Under the pieces are notes generated by a model that was not told the DNA's origin, searched no databases, and saw only the letters and a list, made by a program, of their open reading frames with translations. A stretch of DNA of 64,000 nucleotides from assembly GCF_046105845.1 (NCBI RefSeq), contig NZ_CP151004.1. One strand, written 5' to 3'. Position 1 is the first letter of the stretch, and every line of letters starts with the position of its first letter. Source of the stretch: Escherichia coli. Lineage in GTDB: Bacteria > Pseudomonadota > Gammaproteobacteria > Enterobacterales > Enterobacteriaceae. Of this stretch, positions 33,583 to 44,416 are shown piece after piece. The position numbers were made by a program, and so were the translations under genes.

Positions 33583-34381
33583 AGCAACGGAGATCCTGAC
33601 AGGTAAAGTTATGCAAAAATCGGTCTTAATTACCGGATGTTCCAGTGGAATTGGCCTGGAAAGCGCGCTCGAATTAAAACGCCAGGGTTTTCATGTGCTG
33701 GCAGGTTGCCGGAAACCGGATGATGTTGAGCGCATGAACAGCATGGGATTTACCGGCGTGTTGATCGATCTGGATTCACCAGAAAGTGTTGATCGCGCAG
33801 CCGACGAAGTGATCGCCCTGACCGATAATTGTCTGTATGGGATCTTTAACAATGCCGGATTCGGCATGTATGGCCCCCTTTCCACCATCAGCCGTGCGCA
33901 GATGGAACAGCAGTTTTCCGCCAACTTTTTCGGCGCACACCAGCTCACCATGCGCCTGTTACCCGCGATGTTACCGCACGGTGAAGGACGTATTGTGATG
34001 ACCTCATCGGTGATGGGATTAATCTCCACGCCGGGTCGTGGCGCTTACGCAGCCAGTAAATATGCGCTGGAGGCGTGGTCGGATGCGCTGCGCATGGAGC
34101 TGCGCCACAGCGGAATAAAAGTCAGCCTGATCGAACCCGGTCCCATTCGTACTCGCTTCACCGACAACGTCAACCAGACGCAAAGTGATAAACCAGTCGA
34201 AAATCCCGGCATCGCCGCTCGCTTTACGTTGGGGCCGGAAGCGGTGGTGGACAAAGTACGCCATGCTTTTATTAGCGAGAAGCCGAAGATGCGCTATCCG
34301 GTAACGCTGGTGACCTGGGCAGTAATGGTGCTTAAGCGCCTGCTGCCGGGGCGCGTGATGGACAAAATATTGCAGGGATGA
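33572..34381 (+). CDS. ybbO: Short-chain dehydrogenase/reductase
   Basis: 269-aa ORF with TGCSSGIG NAD(P)-binding motif and YAASK catalytic motif. Confidence 0.92.
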   Translation: MTHKATEILTGKVMQKSVLITGCSSGIGLESALELKRQGFHVLAGCRKPDDVERMNSMGFTGVLIDLDSPESVDRAADEVIALTDNCLYGIFNNAGFGMYGPLSTISRAQMEQQFSANFFGAHQLTMRLLPAMLPHGEGRIVMTSSVMGLISTPGRGAYAASKYALEAWSDALRMELRHSGIKVSLIEPGPIRTRFTDNVNQTQSDKPVENPGIAARFTLGPEAVVDKVRHAFISEKPKMRYPVTLVTWAVMVLKRLLPGRVMDKILQG

Positions 34382-34399
34382 GTTGAAGCGCGCGCTTAA

Positions 34400-35296
<897 letters not shown>

Positions 35297-35326
35297 ATTT
35301 CCGTTGATCGGCACATGAACCACAAC

Positions 35327-35352
35327 GCCGGATGCGATGCTGCGCATCCGGC
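35327..35352. terminator. Bidirectional hairpin between convergent cnoX and fetB
   Basis: 10-bp stem gccggatgcg / cgcatccggc with 6-nt loop; REP-like. Confidence 0.5.
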
Positions 35353-35358
35353 ATTGCA

Positions 35359-36138
35359 TCATTTCTTCTTCAATTGCGTCACCACCAACTGGTGGCGCGA
35401 ATTGTAAAACTTACGATAGGTTAAATAGCAGGCAATAATGGTCGACAGGCTGGCGGTTGAGAGCAGCATAAAGGTCACCATAATCTGATATTTAATCGCC
35501 TTCACCGGATCAATCCCGGCAAATATCAGCCCGGACATCATTCCTGGTAAACTCACTAAGCCAACCGTTTTTGCTGAATCGACCGTCGGAATTAAAGCCG
35601 CGCGAATACTGTCGCGAATCAATATCGCTGAAGCCTGTTTCGGCGTCGCGCCAAGACTCAGTTTCTCCTGAATCTGTTGCTGTTCGCTAATAACCCGTTG
35701 CCCTAAATTGTTGTAACACAACCCCACCGCTACCATGGCGTTACCGGCTATCATCCCGGCGATAGGGATCACCTGCATCGGGATAAATTCAATCGACCCT
35801 GAGAGAATCAGCACCGCCAGGGTAATTCCCGCCCCGACCGTAATGGCAATAAACGATGAGATAAAAGCTTTAGCAATATATTTACTGCGTTTTTGCGCGT
35901 TCCACGCCGCATTAAAGCAGATAAATAACACCATCAATAATGTCAGGCTGGCATCATCCACGCTGAAAATATACTTCAGCACATAGCCGACAATAATCAG
36001 CTGAATTATCGCGCGCCCGACGCTCCAGAGAATATCTTTCTCCAGCGCCAGTTTTTCTTTATGGCTAATTAAGATTGCCACCACCACCAGCATTAATGCC
36101 AGTGCCAATGATTCGTTAGTAATATTATGCGAGTTCAT
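35359..36138 (-). CDS. fetB: Iron export ABC transporter permease
   Basis: ORF 35359..36165; ATG at 36138 gives the 259-aa form MNSHNITNESLALALMLVVV...; overlaps fetA stop by 14 bp. Confidence 0.9.
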   Translation of the reverse strand: MNSHNITNESLALALMLVVVAILISHKEKLALEKDILWSVGRAIIQLIIVGYVLKYIFSVDDASLTLLMVLFICFNAAWNAQKRSKYIAKAFISSFIAITVGAGITLAVLILSGSIEFIPMQVIPIAGMIAGNAMVAVGLCYNNLGQRVISEQQQIQEKLSLGATPKQASAILIRDSIRAALIPTVDSAKTVGLVSLPGMMSGLIFAGIDPVKAIKYQIMVTFMLLSTASLSTIIACYLTYRKFYNSRHQLVVTQLKKK

Positions 36139-36802
36139 AGCGTGCTTCCTGCATTTCTCCGGCATGCGGTTGCAGTGTAATCACTTTATCCGCATGATTA
36201 ATTTCGTCTTTATCGTGTGTCACCCACAGCACGGCAATATTTTGCTCGCGCACATAGCGATGGATCATCTCATTAACGTTATGTTTATTACTTTCATCCA
36301 GCGCGCTGGTGATTTCATCCAGCAATAAAACCTTCGGCATAAATTGCAGGTTACGAATCAATGAGATGCGTTGTTTTTCACCACCAGATAGCTCGGCGAT
36401 ATTCTTCGTCAAAATGGTGTCCGGTAAGGCGAAGCGTTCGAGAAAATCGAGAAAAATGGCTGGGTCAGGCTGCTGGTTACGGATCTGCCAGGGAAAGATC
36501 AGATTATCGTATACCGTATCGCCAAACAGCGTCGGCGTCTGGGCGCAGTAAGACACTTGCTGGCGGTAGATTTCTGGCTTTAGTGTGCTGACATCCTCAC
36601 CTTCAAACAGTAACGTTCCGCTGGTTGGGCTGATCAATGAAGCAACTATTTTTAGCAGCGTACTTTTGCCACAACCAGAAGGACCGGTAATTAACTTAAA
36701 TTCGCCAGCACGCAGCGAAAAATTGATGTTATTAAGAATCTTCGCATCACCCGCCAGATATCCTACGTTTTGTAGCTGAAGCAAAGGACTATTTTCCTGC
36801 AT
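36125..36802 (-). CDS. fetA: Iron export ABC transporter ATP-binding protein
   Basis: 225-aa ORF with Walker A GPSGCGKST, signature LSGGEKQR, Walker B LLLDEITSALD. Confidence 0.92.
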   Translation of the reverse strand: MQENSPLLQLQNVGYLAGDAKILNNINFSLRAGEFKLITGPSGCGKSTLLKIVASLISPTSGTLLFEGEDVSTLKPEIYRQQVSYCAQTPTLFGDTVYDNLIFPWQIRNQQPDPAIFLDFLERFALPDTILTKNIAELSGGEKQRISLIRNLQFMPKVLLLDEITSALDESNKHNVNEMIHRYVREQNIAVLWVTHDKDEINHADKVITLQPHAGEMQEARYELA

Positions 36803-36947
36803 CGCTGTTCCCTTTTTCTGATTTTTACTAAAAACAGTTTATCCTTCGCAGGAATAAGGGGGAACTCTCTTTCAGTAATCAGGTATAATTTGTTTAATCA
36901 AGCAGCAATTTTGCTGATTATGGACGGTACAACAGGAGGTTTTTCCG

Positions 36948-37865
36948 ATGCTTATCTTTATCCCTATTCTCATTTTTGTCGCGCTGGTCATTGTCGGCGC
37001 GGGCGTCAAAATCGTGCCGCAGGGCTATCAATGGACGGTAGAACGTTTTGGTCGCTATACCAAAACGTTACAGCCGGGGCTCAGTCTGGTGGTGCCGTTT
37101 ATGGATCGCATTGGTCGCAAGATCAATATGATGGAGCAAGTGCTCGATATCCCTTCCCAGGAAGTTATCTCGAAAGATAACGCCAACGTTACCATCGACG
37201 CCGTGTGCTTTATTCAGGTGATTGACGCGCCGCGCGCGGCTTATGAAGTCAGCAATCTGGAGCTGGCGATCATCAACCTGACCATGACTAACATCCGTAC
37301 CGTGCTGGGTTCAATGGAACTTGACGAAATGCTCTCTCAGCGCGACAGCATCAACTCACGCCTGCTGCGTATTGTCGATGAGGCCACCAACCCGTGGGGG
37401 ATTAAAGTCACCCGTATTGAAATTCGCGACGTGCGCCCACCAGCAGAGCTTATCTCTTCAATGAACGCGCAGATGAAAGCGGAACGTACCAAACGCGCTT
37501 ACATCCTTGAAGCGGAAGGGATCCGTCAGGCGGAAATCCTCAAAGCCGAAGGTGAAAAACAGTCGCAAATCCTGAAAGCGGAAGGCGAACGTCAGTCGGC
37601 GTTTTTACAGGCTGAAGCGCGTGAACGTTCCGCTGAAGCAGAAGCCCGCGCCACCAAAATGGTGTCTGAAGCCATTGCCTCCGGCGATATTCAGGCGGTG
37701 AACTACTTCGTAGCACAGAAATACACCGAAGCGTTACAGCAGATCGGTTCCTCCAGTAACAGCAAAGTAGTGATGATGCCATTAGAGGCCAGCAGCCTGA
37801 TGGGGTCGATTGCCGGGATTGCCGAGCTGGTGAAAGACAGCGCCAACAAACGGACTCAGCCATGA
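36948..37865 (+). CDS. qmcA: SPFH/stomatin-family protein QmcA
   Basis: 305-aa ORF with N-terminal TM segment and band-7 domain. Confidence 0.93.
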   Translation: MLIFIPILIFVALVIVGAGVKIVPQGYQWTVERFGRYTKTLQPGLSLVVPFMDRIGRKINMMEQVLDIPSQEVISKDNANVTIDAVCFIQVIDAPRAAYEVSNLELAIINLTMTNIRTVLGSMELDEMLSQRDSINSRLLRIVDEATNPWGIKVTRIEIRDVRPPAELISSMNAQMKAERTKRAYILEAEGIRQAEILKAEGEKQSQILKAEGERQSAFLQAEARERSAEAEARATKMVSEAIASGDIQAVNYFVAQKYTEALQQIGSSSNSKVVMMPLEASSLMGSIAGIAELVKDSANKRTQP

Positions 37866-38320
37866 TGGAGTTAATGGTCGTTCATCCACATATTTTCTGG
37901 CTCAGTCTCGGCGGGTTGCTGCTGGCAGCCGAGATGCTGGGCGGAAATGGTTATTTGTTGTGGAGCGGCGTGGCAGCGGTGATTACCGGTCTGGTGGTCT
38001 GGCTGGTGCCGCTGGGTTGGGAGTGGCAAGGGGTGATGTTTGCCGTCCTGACGCTGCTCGCCGCCTGGCTGTGGTGGAAATGGTTGTCGCGGCGGGTGCG
38101 CGAACAAAAGCACAGCGACAGTCATTTAAACCAGCGCGGGCAGCAGCTTATTGGCCGACGTTTTGTGCTGGAATCTCCGCTGGTCAACGGGCGAGGTCAT
38201 ATGCGCGTCGGTGACAGTTCATGGCCTGTCAGCGCCAGCGAGGATCTCAGTGCAGGTACGCATGTTGAGGTGATTGCGATAGAAGGGATAACGCTGATTA
38301 TCCGTGCGGTCATCGCCTGA
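37862..38320 (+). CDS. ybbJ: NfeD-like inner membrane protein
   Basis: 152-aa ORF overlapping qmcA stop by 4 bp (classic SPFH-NfeD pair). Confidence 0.9.
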   Translation: MMELMVVHPHIFWLSLGGLLLAAEMLGGNGYLLWSGVAAVITGLVVWLVPLGWEWQGVMFAVLTLLAAWLWWKWLSRRVREQKHSDSHLNQRGQQLIGRRFVLESPLVNGRGHMRVGDSSWPVSASEDLSAGTHVEVIAIEGITLIIRAVIA

Positions 38321-38480
<160 letters not shown>

Positions 38481-38504
38481 GCTATATTAACTGGCATTGG
38501 CAAA

Positions 38505-38867
38505 TTACTCGTCACTACCTTTATTCATGTTTTTTTGGTCTTCATCCGGATAATGTTTTTTTAGATATTCCAGGACGTTTTTATTGACCTTGTGTTGCGT
38601 ATACACCCACCCTTTCCAGTAATCAGGCTGGTCCAGGTAAACTTCTGGCGGAATGGTGAAATCAGAAAGCGTTAACCATTCGGCTAACAGATCGGGGTTT
38701 CGTTTCTGGATTAACTGCAACAGCATAATCAGTGACATAGCTGAGGCAGGAGCCGTACTATCACCACTCAAATATTTCCACACTGTTGACCGGTTCGAAC
38801 GAAAAAGGATCGGTAGCAATGCCCGGTCCAGATTCATTTCATTAAAAATCTTCTCAAATTCATTCAT
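38505..38867 (-). CDS. Hypothetical 120-aa protein, possible HTH-type regulator
   Basis: ORF with SD-like aggaaa 8 nt upstream of ATG at 38867; segment LLPILFRSNRSTVWKYLSGD resembles a helix-turn-helix. Divergent from the autotransporter gene across a 366-bp AT-rich region. I do not recognise the family. Confidence 0.45.
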   Translation of the reverse strand: MNEFEKIFNEMNLDRALLPILFRSNRSTVWKYLSGDSTAPASAMSLIMLLQLIQKRNPDLLAEWLTLSDFTIPPEVYLDQPDYWKGWVYTQHKVNKNVLEYLKKHYPDEDQKNMNKGSDE

Positions 38868-39233
38868 TTAAATTTTCCTGCCTGGCGTAAACCTCTTAAA
38901 AATTGAGATTTATCAAAGAAACGCATTTTAGCACACATCAGGAACCGCTTCACGTTTAGTTCAGAAACAGAATTTATTTCGCTTATCAAAACAAGTCTTT
39001 ACTCTTTTTTACATTGAAAGAGCACAAAATGATTTTCTATTTTATTTATATAAGAAACATTTTTTGTTTCTTATTGGTGGTGTTTACGCTTACACCAGAC
39101 AAAAATGCGCTTTACATCACACAAATGGCGGCGTAGATTTCGATCAAATTGCAACGCAGATTAATTCTTATAACAACGTTTTACGTTGCTTATAGAAACA
39201 AATATGTGACTTACTTTGAAAGAGAAAAAATGC

Positions 39234-42125
39234 ATGAAAACTGTAAAGCTGTCTTTACTGGCTGTCGTTGTTGCTACCGCGGTAAGTCCATCTGCGTTTG
39301 CGGGTGATACTGTTGAGGCGGCAACGACAGAATTAACGGCAATCCAGCCAGGAATGTCGCAATCGGAAATTGATCAGAAAATTGGTCGATTTTTAGAAAG
39401 GACAGGGAATAGTGCAGCCGCACAAAATTATCTGATTGCGCATGATTACCGGACAACGACACCTCAGGAAAATACAGCTGCCTCTCCCGTACAGCCCGCC
39501 AATACGCTGAACCCGATAACCAATCAAGCGCAGACCGACCGCGACAACGGGCAGGATACCGCCATTCAGGACGCACAACATGCCGCCAACTGGGCTTCAC
39601 TGAAAGCTGATGACGCGCAGCACGCCATCACGGTGGCGCAGACGGATATTGATGCCAATAAAGCCGCCATCGCCGACACCCGTAATGATGTCTCCGCAGT
39701 GCAGTCAGACGTCACCAACATAAAAGGCGATGTCGCACATGCCCAGTCAACGGCTGACCATGCCAACGCTAACGCCAACACCGCTCTGATGAACGGCGTC
39801 AAACTTTCCGGTGCTGTGGCAGAAAACAAAAACAATATCGAACAGAACCGCAGCGATATTGCTGACCAGCAGAAACTGTTGGCATCAAACGAGCAAAAAC
39901 AGATCGTCCGCGACAACGGGCAGGATACCGCCATTCAGGACGCGCAACATGCCGCCAACTGGGCTTCACTGAAAGCTGATGACGCGCAGCACGCCATCAC
40001 GGTGGCGCAGACGGATATTGATGCCAATAAAGCCGCCATCGCCGACACCCGTAATGATGTCTCCGCAGTGCAGTCAGACGTCACCAACATAAAAGGCGAT
40101 GTCGCACATGCCCAGTCAACGGCTGACCATGCCAACGCTAACGCCAACACCGCTCTGATGAACGGCGTCAAACTTTCCGGTGCTGTGGCAGAAAACAAAA
40201 ACAATATCGAACAGAACCGCAGCGATATTGCTGACCAGCAGAAACTGTTGGCATCAAACGAGCAAAAACAGATCGTCCGCGACAACGGGCAGGATACCGC
40301 CATTCAGGACGCGCAACATGCCGCCAACTGGGCTTCAATGAAAGCTGATGACGCGCAGCACGCCATTATGGTGGCGCAGACGGATATTGATGCCAATAAA
40401 GCCGCCATCGCCGACACCCGTAATGATGTCTCCGCAGTGCAGTCAGACGTCACCAACATAAAAGGCGATGTCGCACATGCCCAGTCAACGGCTGACCATG
40501 CCAACGCTAACGCCAACACCGCTCTGATGAACGGCGTCAAACTTTCCGGTGCTGTGACAGAAAACAAAAACAACATCGAACAGAACCGCAGCGATATTGC
40601 CGACCAGCAGAAACTGTTGGCATCAAACGAGCAAAAACAGATCGTCCGCGACAACGGGCAGGATACCGCCATTCAGGACGCACAACATGCCGCCAACTGG
40701 GCTTCAATGAAAGCTGATGACGCGCAGCACGCCATTATGGTGGCGCAGACGGATATTGATGCCAATAAAGCCGCCATCGCCGACACCCGTAATGATGTCT
40801 CCGCAGTGCAGTCAGACGTCACCAACATAAAAGGCGATGTCGCACATGCCCAGTCAACGGCTGACCATGCCAACGCTAACGCCAACACCGCTCTGATGAA
40901 CGGCGTCAAACTTTCCGGTGCTGTGACAGAAAACAAAAACAACATCGAACAGAACCGCAGCGATATTGCCGACCAGCAGAAACTGTTGGCATCAAACGAG
41001 CAAAAACAGATCGTCCGCGACAACGGGCAGGATACCGCCATTCAGGACGCACAACATGCCGCCAACTGGGCTTCAATGAAAGCTGATGACGCGCAGCACG
41101 CCATTATGGTGGCGCAGACGGATATTGATGCCAATAAAGCCGCCATCGCCGACACCCGTAATGATGTCTCCGCAGTGCAGTCAGACGTCACCAACATAAA
41201 AGGCGATGTCGCACATGCCCAGTCAACGGCTGACCATGCCAACGCTAACGCCAACACCGCTCTGATGAACGGCGTCAAACTTTCCGGTGCTGTGACAGAA
41301 AACAAAAATAATATCGAACAGAACCGCAGCGATATTGCTGACCAACAGCAACAACTCGACGAAACCCGGAAAACCGTTGCCGCCACCGGTGATGTACAGA
41401 CTGCCGCCCGATATCAGAGCATGATTGACGCCAGACAGACTGCTGCTGCCAATGCGCAACAGGAACAAGCGGACACCCAGCAGCAACAAATGGACGATCA
41501 GCAGAAACAAATCGACGCGACGCAAAAAACGGTTTCCGCACTTGGCGATGCCCAGACCAACGCACATTATCAAGAGATGGTTAACGCCGGACTGAGAGCA
41601 CAAAATGATGCGAATGCGCGTACTGCAGCAGAACAAAAACAAAAAATAGATACTCTGGCGACTAACCAGGCAACGCAACAGCATATCGATAGTGTGCAGT
41701 ACGGGGAACAAATTCAGCGTCTGGCGCAAGACTCAACACAAACGCATGAACAAATTGACAGCCTGACACAAGACGTAACCCAAACGCATCAGCAGTTAAG
41801 CAACACGCAAAAACGAGTAGCGGATAATAGCCAGCAGATTACTACGCTCAATAACCATTTCAGTTCGCTGAAAAACGAAGTTGAGGACAACCGTAAAGAA
41901 GCCAATGCGGGAACTGCATCAGCCATCGCTATCGCCTCACAACCACAGGTGAAAGCCGGTGACTTTATGATGATGTCAGCGGGAGCGGGAACCTTCAACG
42001 GTGAATCTGCGGTGTCTGTCGGAACATCTTTTAATGCCGGAACGCATACCGTGATTAAAGCCGGTGTCTCTGCGGATACGCAATCTGATTTCGGCGCGGG
42101 TGTCGGCGTGGGATATTCTTTCTAA
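39234..42125 (+). CDS. Trimeric autotransporter adhesin-like protein (type Vc) with coiled-coil repeat stalk and YadA-type anchor
   Basis: ORF 39216..42125; ATG at 39234 gives 963 aa. Sec signal peptide MKTVKLSLLAVVVATAVSPSAFA; long Q/A/N/D-rich helical repeat region; C-terminus EANAGTASAIAIASQPQVKAGDFMMMSAGAGTFNGESAVSVGTSFNAGTHTVIKAGVSADTQSDFGAGVGVGYSF fits the YadA-like anchor pattern (alternating small residues, glycine-rich beta strands, terminal aromatic). No recognisable YadA head motifs. Confidence 0.75.
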   Translation: MKTVKLSLLAVVVATAVSPSAFAGDTVEAATTELTAIQPGMSQSEIDQKIGRFLERTGNSAAAQNYLIAHDYRTTTPQENTAASPVQPANTLNPITNQAQTDRDNGQDTAIQDAQHAANWASLKADDAQHAITVAQTDIDANKAAIADTRNDVSAVQSDVTNIKGDVAHAQSTADHANANANTALMNGVKLSGAVAENKNNIEQNRSDIADQQKLLASNEQKQIVRDNGQDTAIQDAQHAANWASLKADDAQHAITVAQTDIDANKAAIADTRNDVSAVQSDVTNIKGDVAHAQSTADHANANANTALMNGVKLSGAVAENKNNIEQNRSDIADQQKLLASNEQKQIVRDNGQDTAIQDAQHAANWASMKADDAQHAIMVAQTDIDANKAAIADTRNDVSAVQSDVTNIKGDVAHAQSTADHANANANTALMNGVKLSGAVTENKNNIEQNRSDIADQQKLLASNEQKQIVRDNGQDTAIQDAQHAANWASMKADDAQHAIMVAQTDIDANKAAIADTRNDVSAVQSDVTNIKGDVAHAQSTADHANANANTALMNGVKLSGAVTENKNNIEQNRSDIADQQKLLASNEQKQIVRDNGQDTAIQDAQHAANWASMKADDAQHAIMVAQTDIDANKAAIADTRNDVSAVQSDVTNIKGDVAHAQSTADHANANANTALMNGVKLSGAVTENKNNIEQNRSDIADQQQQLDETRKTVAATGDVQTAARYQSMIDARQTAAANAQQEQADTQQQQMDDQQKQIDATQKTVSALGDAQTNAHYQEMVNAGLRAQNDANARTAAEQKQKIDTLATNQATQQHIDSVQYGEQIQRLAQDSTQTHEQIDSLTQDVTQTHQQLSNTQKRVADNSQQITTLNNHFSSLKNEVEDNRKEANAGTASAIAIASQPQVKAGDFMMMSAGAGTFNGESAVSVGTSFNAGTHTVIKAGVSADTQSDFGAGVGVGYSF
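39540..41343 (+). repeat. 4.9 tandem copies of a 369-bp (123-aa) near-identical in-frame repeat within the autotransporter gene
   Basis: cgcgacaacgggcaggatacc recurs at 39540, 39909, 40278, 40647 and 41016 (exact 369-bp period). Unit begins RDNGQDTAIQDAQHAANWAS... Copies 1-2 and copies 3-5 form two subtypes (LKADD/ITVAQ/AVAEN versus MKADD/IMVAQ/AVTEN). Confidence 0.92.
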
Positions 42126-42210
42126 TATTCCAATCCTCAATATAAATAAGAGCAAGGAAGCTTGCCGGGTTTCACCTCTTCATTAATTTGTACATTATTT
42201 AAGGTTAACA

Positions 42211-42633
42211 ATGATGAATAGTTCCATTAAATCGTTTTCCCTGCTGGCGGTTATATTACTGGCTGGCTGTAGTTCACCCACTTCCCGCATCGCAGATTGC
42301 CAGGCGCAGGGCGTCAGCCATGACACCTGTTATCTCGCAGAACAACAGCGTCAGACGGCTATTTTAAGTGCATCCGAGGCGCAGGCATTTAAAAATGCAG
42401 AAGCCGCACAACATGCCCAGGCGGCAAAGAAAGCCATTTATAAAGGATTTGGCATGACCTTTAGAATGAGCAGTAAGAACTTTGCTTATCTCAATGATTC
42501 ATTATGTGCAATTGATGAAGACAATAAAGATGCCACTGTTTATCAGTCAGGTCTTTATAACGTCATTGTTTATCACCACACGGGAAAAGTCGCCTTAATG
42601 AAGGAAGGTCAGTTTGTGGGTTATTTAAAATGA
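42211..42633 (+). CDS. Putative lipoprotein (140 aa)
   Basis: Signal peptide with lipobox LLAGC, Ser at +2; 85 bp downstream of and co-directional with the autotransporter gene. Confidence 0.6.
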   Translation: MMNSSIKSFSLLAVILLAGCSSPTSRIADCQAQGVSHDTCYLAEQQRQTAILSASEAQAFKNAEAAQHAQAAKKAIYKGFGMTFRMSSKNFAYLNDSLCAIDEDNKDATVYQSGLYNVIVYHHTGKVALMKEGQFVGYLK

Positions 42634-42833
42634 AGGAGCAAAGGAAAATCCCCCTGACGCATATTATGATTATCGGTGCGTTTATTTTTGCCTTCTTGCA
42701 AGTGGTGTTATTAGCCTCCCTGGTTCACGCTGTGAATGTTAACAATGAAATCCAGGAAGGCTTATTTCAATCGGGGCGCATAATGGTAGAAAGTTTGCAG
42801 CATATTCTTTCGGTGCAAACGGGGATTAACTGA
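42630..42833 (+). CDS. Putative small single-pass membrane protein (67 aa)
   Basis: Start overlaps the lipoprotein stop (ATGA); hydrophobic segment IMIIGAFIFAFLQVVLLASLV; stop lies 3 bp from the convergent cueR stop. Confidence 0.4.
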   Translation: MKEQRKIPLTHIMIIGAFIFAFLQVVLLASLVHAVNVNNEIQEGLFQSGRIMVESLQHILSVQTGIN

Positions 42834-42836
42834 TTT

Positions 42837-43244
42837 TCACCCCGCCCGATGATGACAGCAGCCGGAGAGATTTTCGATAATCGGGCAGTCGGCGCTGTCA
42901 TCGCCAGGGCAGGCATTCGCCAGCGCCAACAGCTGGTTGCGCATGGATTGCAGTTCTTCGATATGTCGCTCGATCTCCGCCACTTTCTCCAGGGTGCGAC
43001 GTTTGACGTCGGCACTGTGACGCTGCGGATCGTTAAACAGATTCACCAGCTCGCCGCTCTCTTCCAGGTTAAAGCCCACCTGGCGTGCCTGGCGCAGTAA
43101 GGTCAGTTCGTTGAGATGCTGCTGCGTGTAAGTACGATAACCGTTTTCGCTGCGCATCGGCGGCGTCACCAGCCCCTTCTCTTCATAGAAGCGGATTGCT
43201 TTGCTGGTCAGGCCGGTAATTTTTGCTACATCGCTAATGTTCAT
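42837..43244 (-). CDS. cueR: MerR-family copper-responsive regulator
   Basis: 135-aa [32 protein letters not shown]... with C-terminal metal-binding CPGDDSADC...CCHH; recognised CueR. Confidence 0.95.
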   Translation of the reverse strand: MNISDVAKITGLTSKAIRFYEEKGLVTPPMRSENGYRTYTQQHLNELTLLRQARQVGFNLEESGELVNLFNDPQRHSADVKRRTLEKVAEIERHIEELQSMRNQLLALANACPGDDSADCPIIENLSGCCHHRAG

Positions 43245-44416
43245 CGTTCGCGCAACGCCTCCTGTGCTTTATTAAAGGGTTTCAACAGATAATCCAGCAC
43301 GCTTTTTTTGCCGGTGCGGATATCGACCGTCGCCACCATGCCGGGAAATATCGGAAACTGCTGTTTACTTTTGTTTTCCAGATGGTTGCTGAAAGTGCGA
43401 ATGTACACCCGATAGTAATAAACATCGCGCCGCACTTCATCCTGCACGGTGTCTGGTGATATCACCGCCACTTCTCCCGGCAGGCCGCCGTAGATGGAGT
43501 AATCGTAGGCGGTTATTTTCACCAGCGATTTTTGCCCCGGATGGATAAACGCCACATCGCGCGGGGAGATTTTTGCCTCGATCAGCAGTTGCTCATCCAG
43601 CGGCACGATGGTCATCAGTTTACCACCGGGGGCAATGACCCCGCCAACCGTGGTGACGTCAATGTCCTGAACAATGCCTCGCACCGGCGCGGTAAAGTTG
43701 AGCCTGGTGAGGGAGTCTTCCCGTCCACGGATCACCGAACGCTGGGTTTCCACTTCCGCATTGGCTTTCGCTAACTCTTCGCGCGCCTGAACGTAATATT
43801 GCGTGCGCACGTCGCTAAGTTTGTTTTCCAGTTCATTGGCCTGGCGTTGCAGGCGCAGCACTTCAACGCTGCTCGCCGCCCCCTGTTTTACCAGCGGCTG
43901 GGTCATCGCCAGTTCGCGGTTGACCAGGCTAATCCCCTGCGTCAGCCCGGTGGTGGCTTTGTTCAGCCCATCGCGGCGAGTGTTGTACAACGCCGTTTCC
44001 GACTCGATAAGTTCGGGGAATTTATTCAGTTCGTCAGGGAAGACCAGCGGTTTATTGCTCACTTCCGCCCGCAGCCGCGCCGAGGTTGCCAGCGCCGCGT
44101 ACAGCCGCGACATTGCTTCCTGGACGTCGGATTCCGTTTTGGTGCGGTTAAGCTGCGCCAGCGGCTGGCCCTGTTCAACAATATCGCCAACCTTGACGTC
44201 GAGATGATACAGAATTCCGCCTTCCAGCGACTGCACCACCTGTTCGCGCCCGGAGGGTTCTACCGTGCCGCTGCCGGTGGTGACTTCATCAAGCTGGAAG
44301 TACCACGCCCAGCCGAGAAAACAGAGCAGCATCACAGCGGTAACGCGTACCGCCAGCGCCGAACGCGGCAAGCGGGGTTCAGTCAGGCCACGGTTGTATT
44401 GCAGTTGTCCGTTCAT
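43241..44416 (-). CDS. Type I secretion periplasmic adaptor (HlyD family membrane fusion protein)
   Basis: 391-aa ORF with N-terminal TM anchor, long coiled-coil region and C-terminal beta domain typical of HlyD/LapC; its stop overlaps the cueR start (ATGA). Confidence 0.88.
   Translation of the reverse strand: MNGQLQYNRGLTEPRLPRSALAVRVTAVMLLCFLGWAWYFQLDEVTTGSGTVEPSGREQVVQSLEGGILYHLDVKVGDIVEQGQPLAQLNRTKTESDVQEAMSRLYAALATSARLRAEVSNKPLVFPDELNKFPELIESETALYNTRRDGLNKATTGLTQGISLVNRELAMTQPLVKQGAASSVEVLRLQRQANELENKLSDVRTQYYVQAREELAKANAEVETQRSVIRGREDSLTRLNFTAPVRGIVQDIDVTTVGGVIAPGGKLMTIVPLDEQLLIEAKISPRDVAFIHPGQKSLVKITAYDYSIYGGLPGEVAVISPDTVQDEVRRDVYYYRVYIRTFSNHLENKSKQQFPIFPGMVATVDIRTGKKSVLDYLLKPFNKAQEALRER

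Noticed and set aside
39540-41343. Regular tandem repeat array considered as a possible CRISPR array
   Set aside because: Units are 369 bp, contiguous with no spacers, and in-frame within a long ORF; no cas genes nearby.
39566-41386. Five nearly identical 122-aa minus-strand ORFs plus overlapping minus ORFs up to 41729
   Set aside because: Antisense shadows of the 369-bp tandem repeats in the plus-strand autotransporter gene; Cys/Ala/Ser-rich composition and no start or RBS context.
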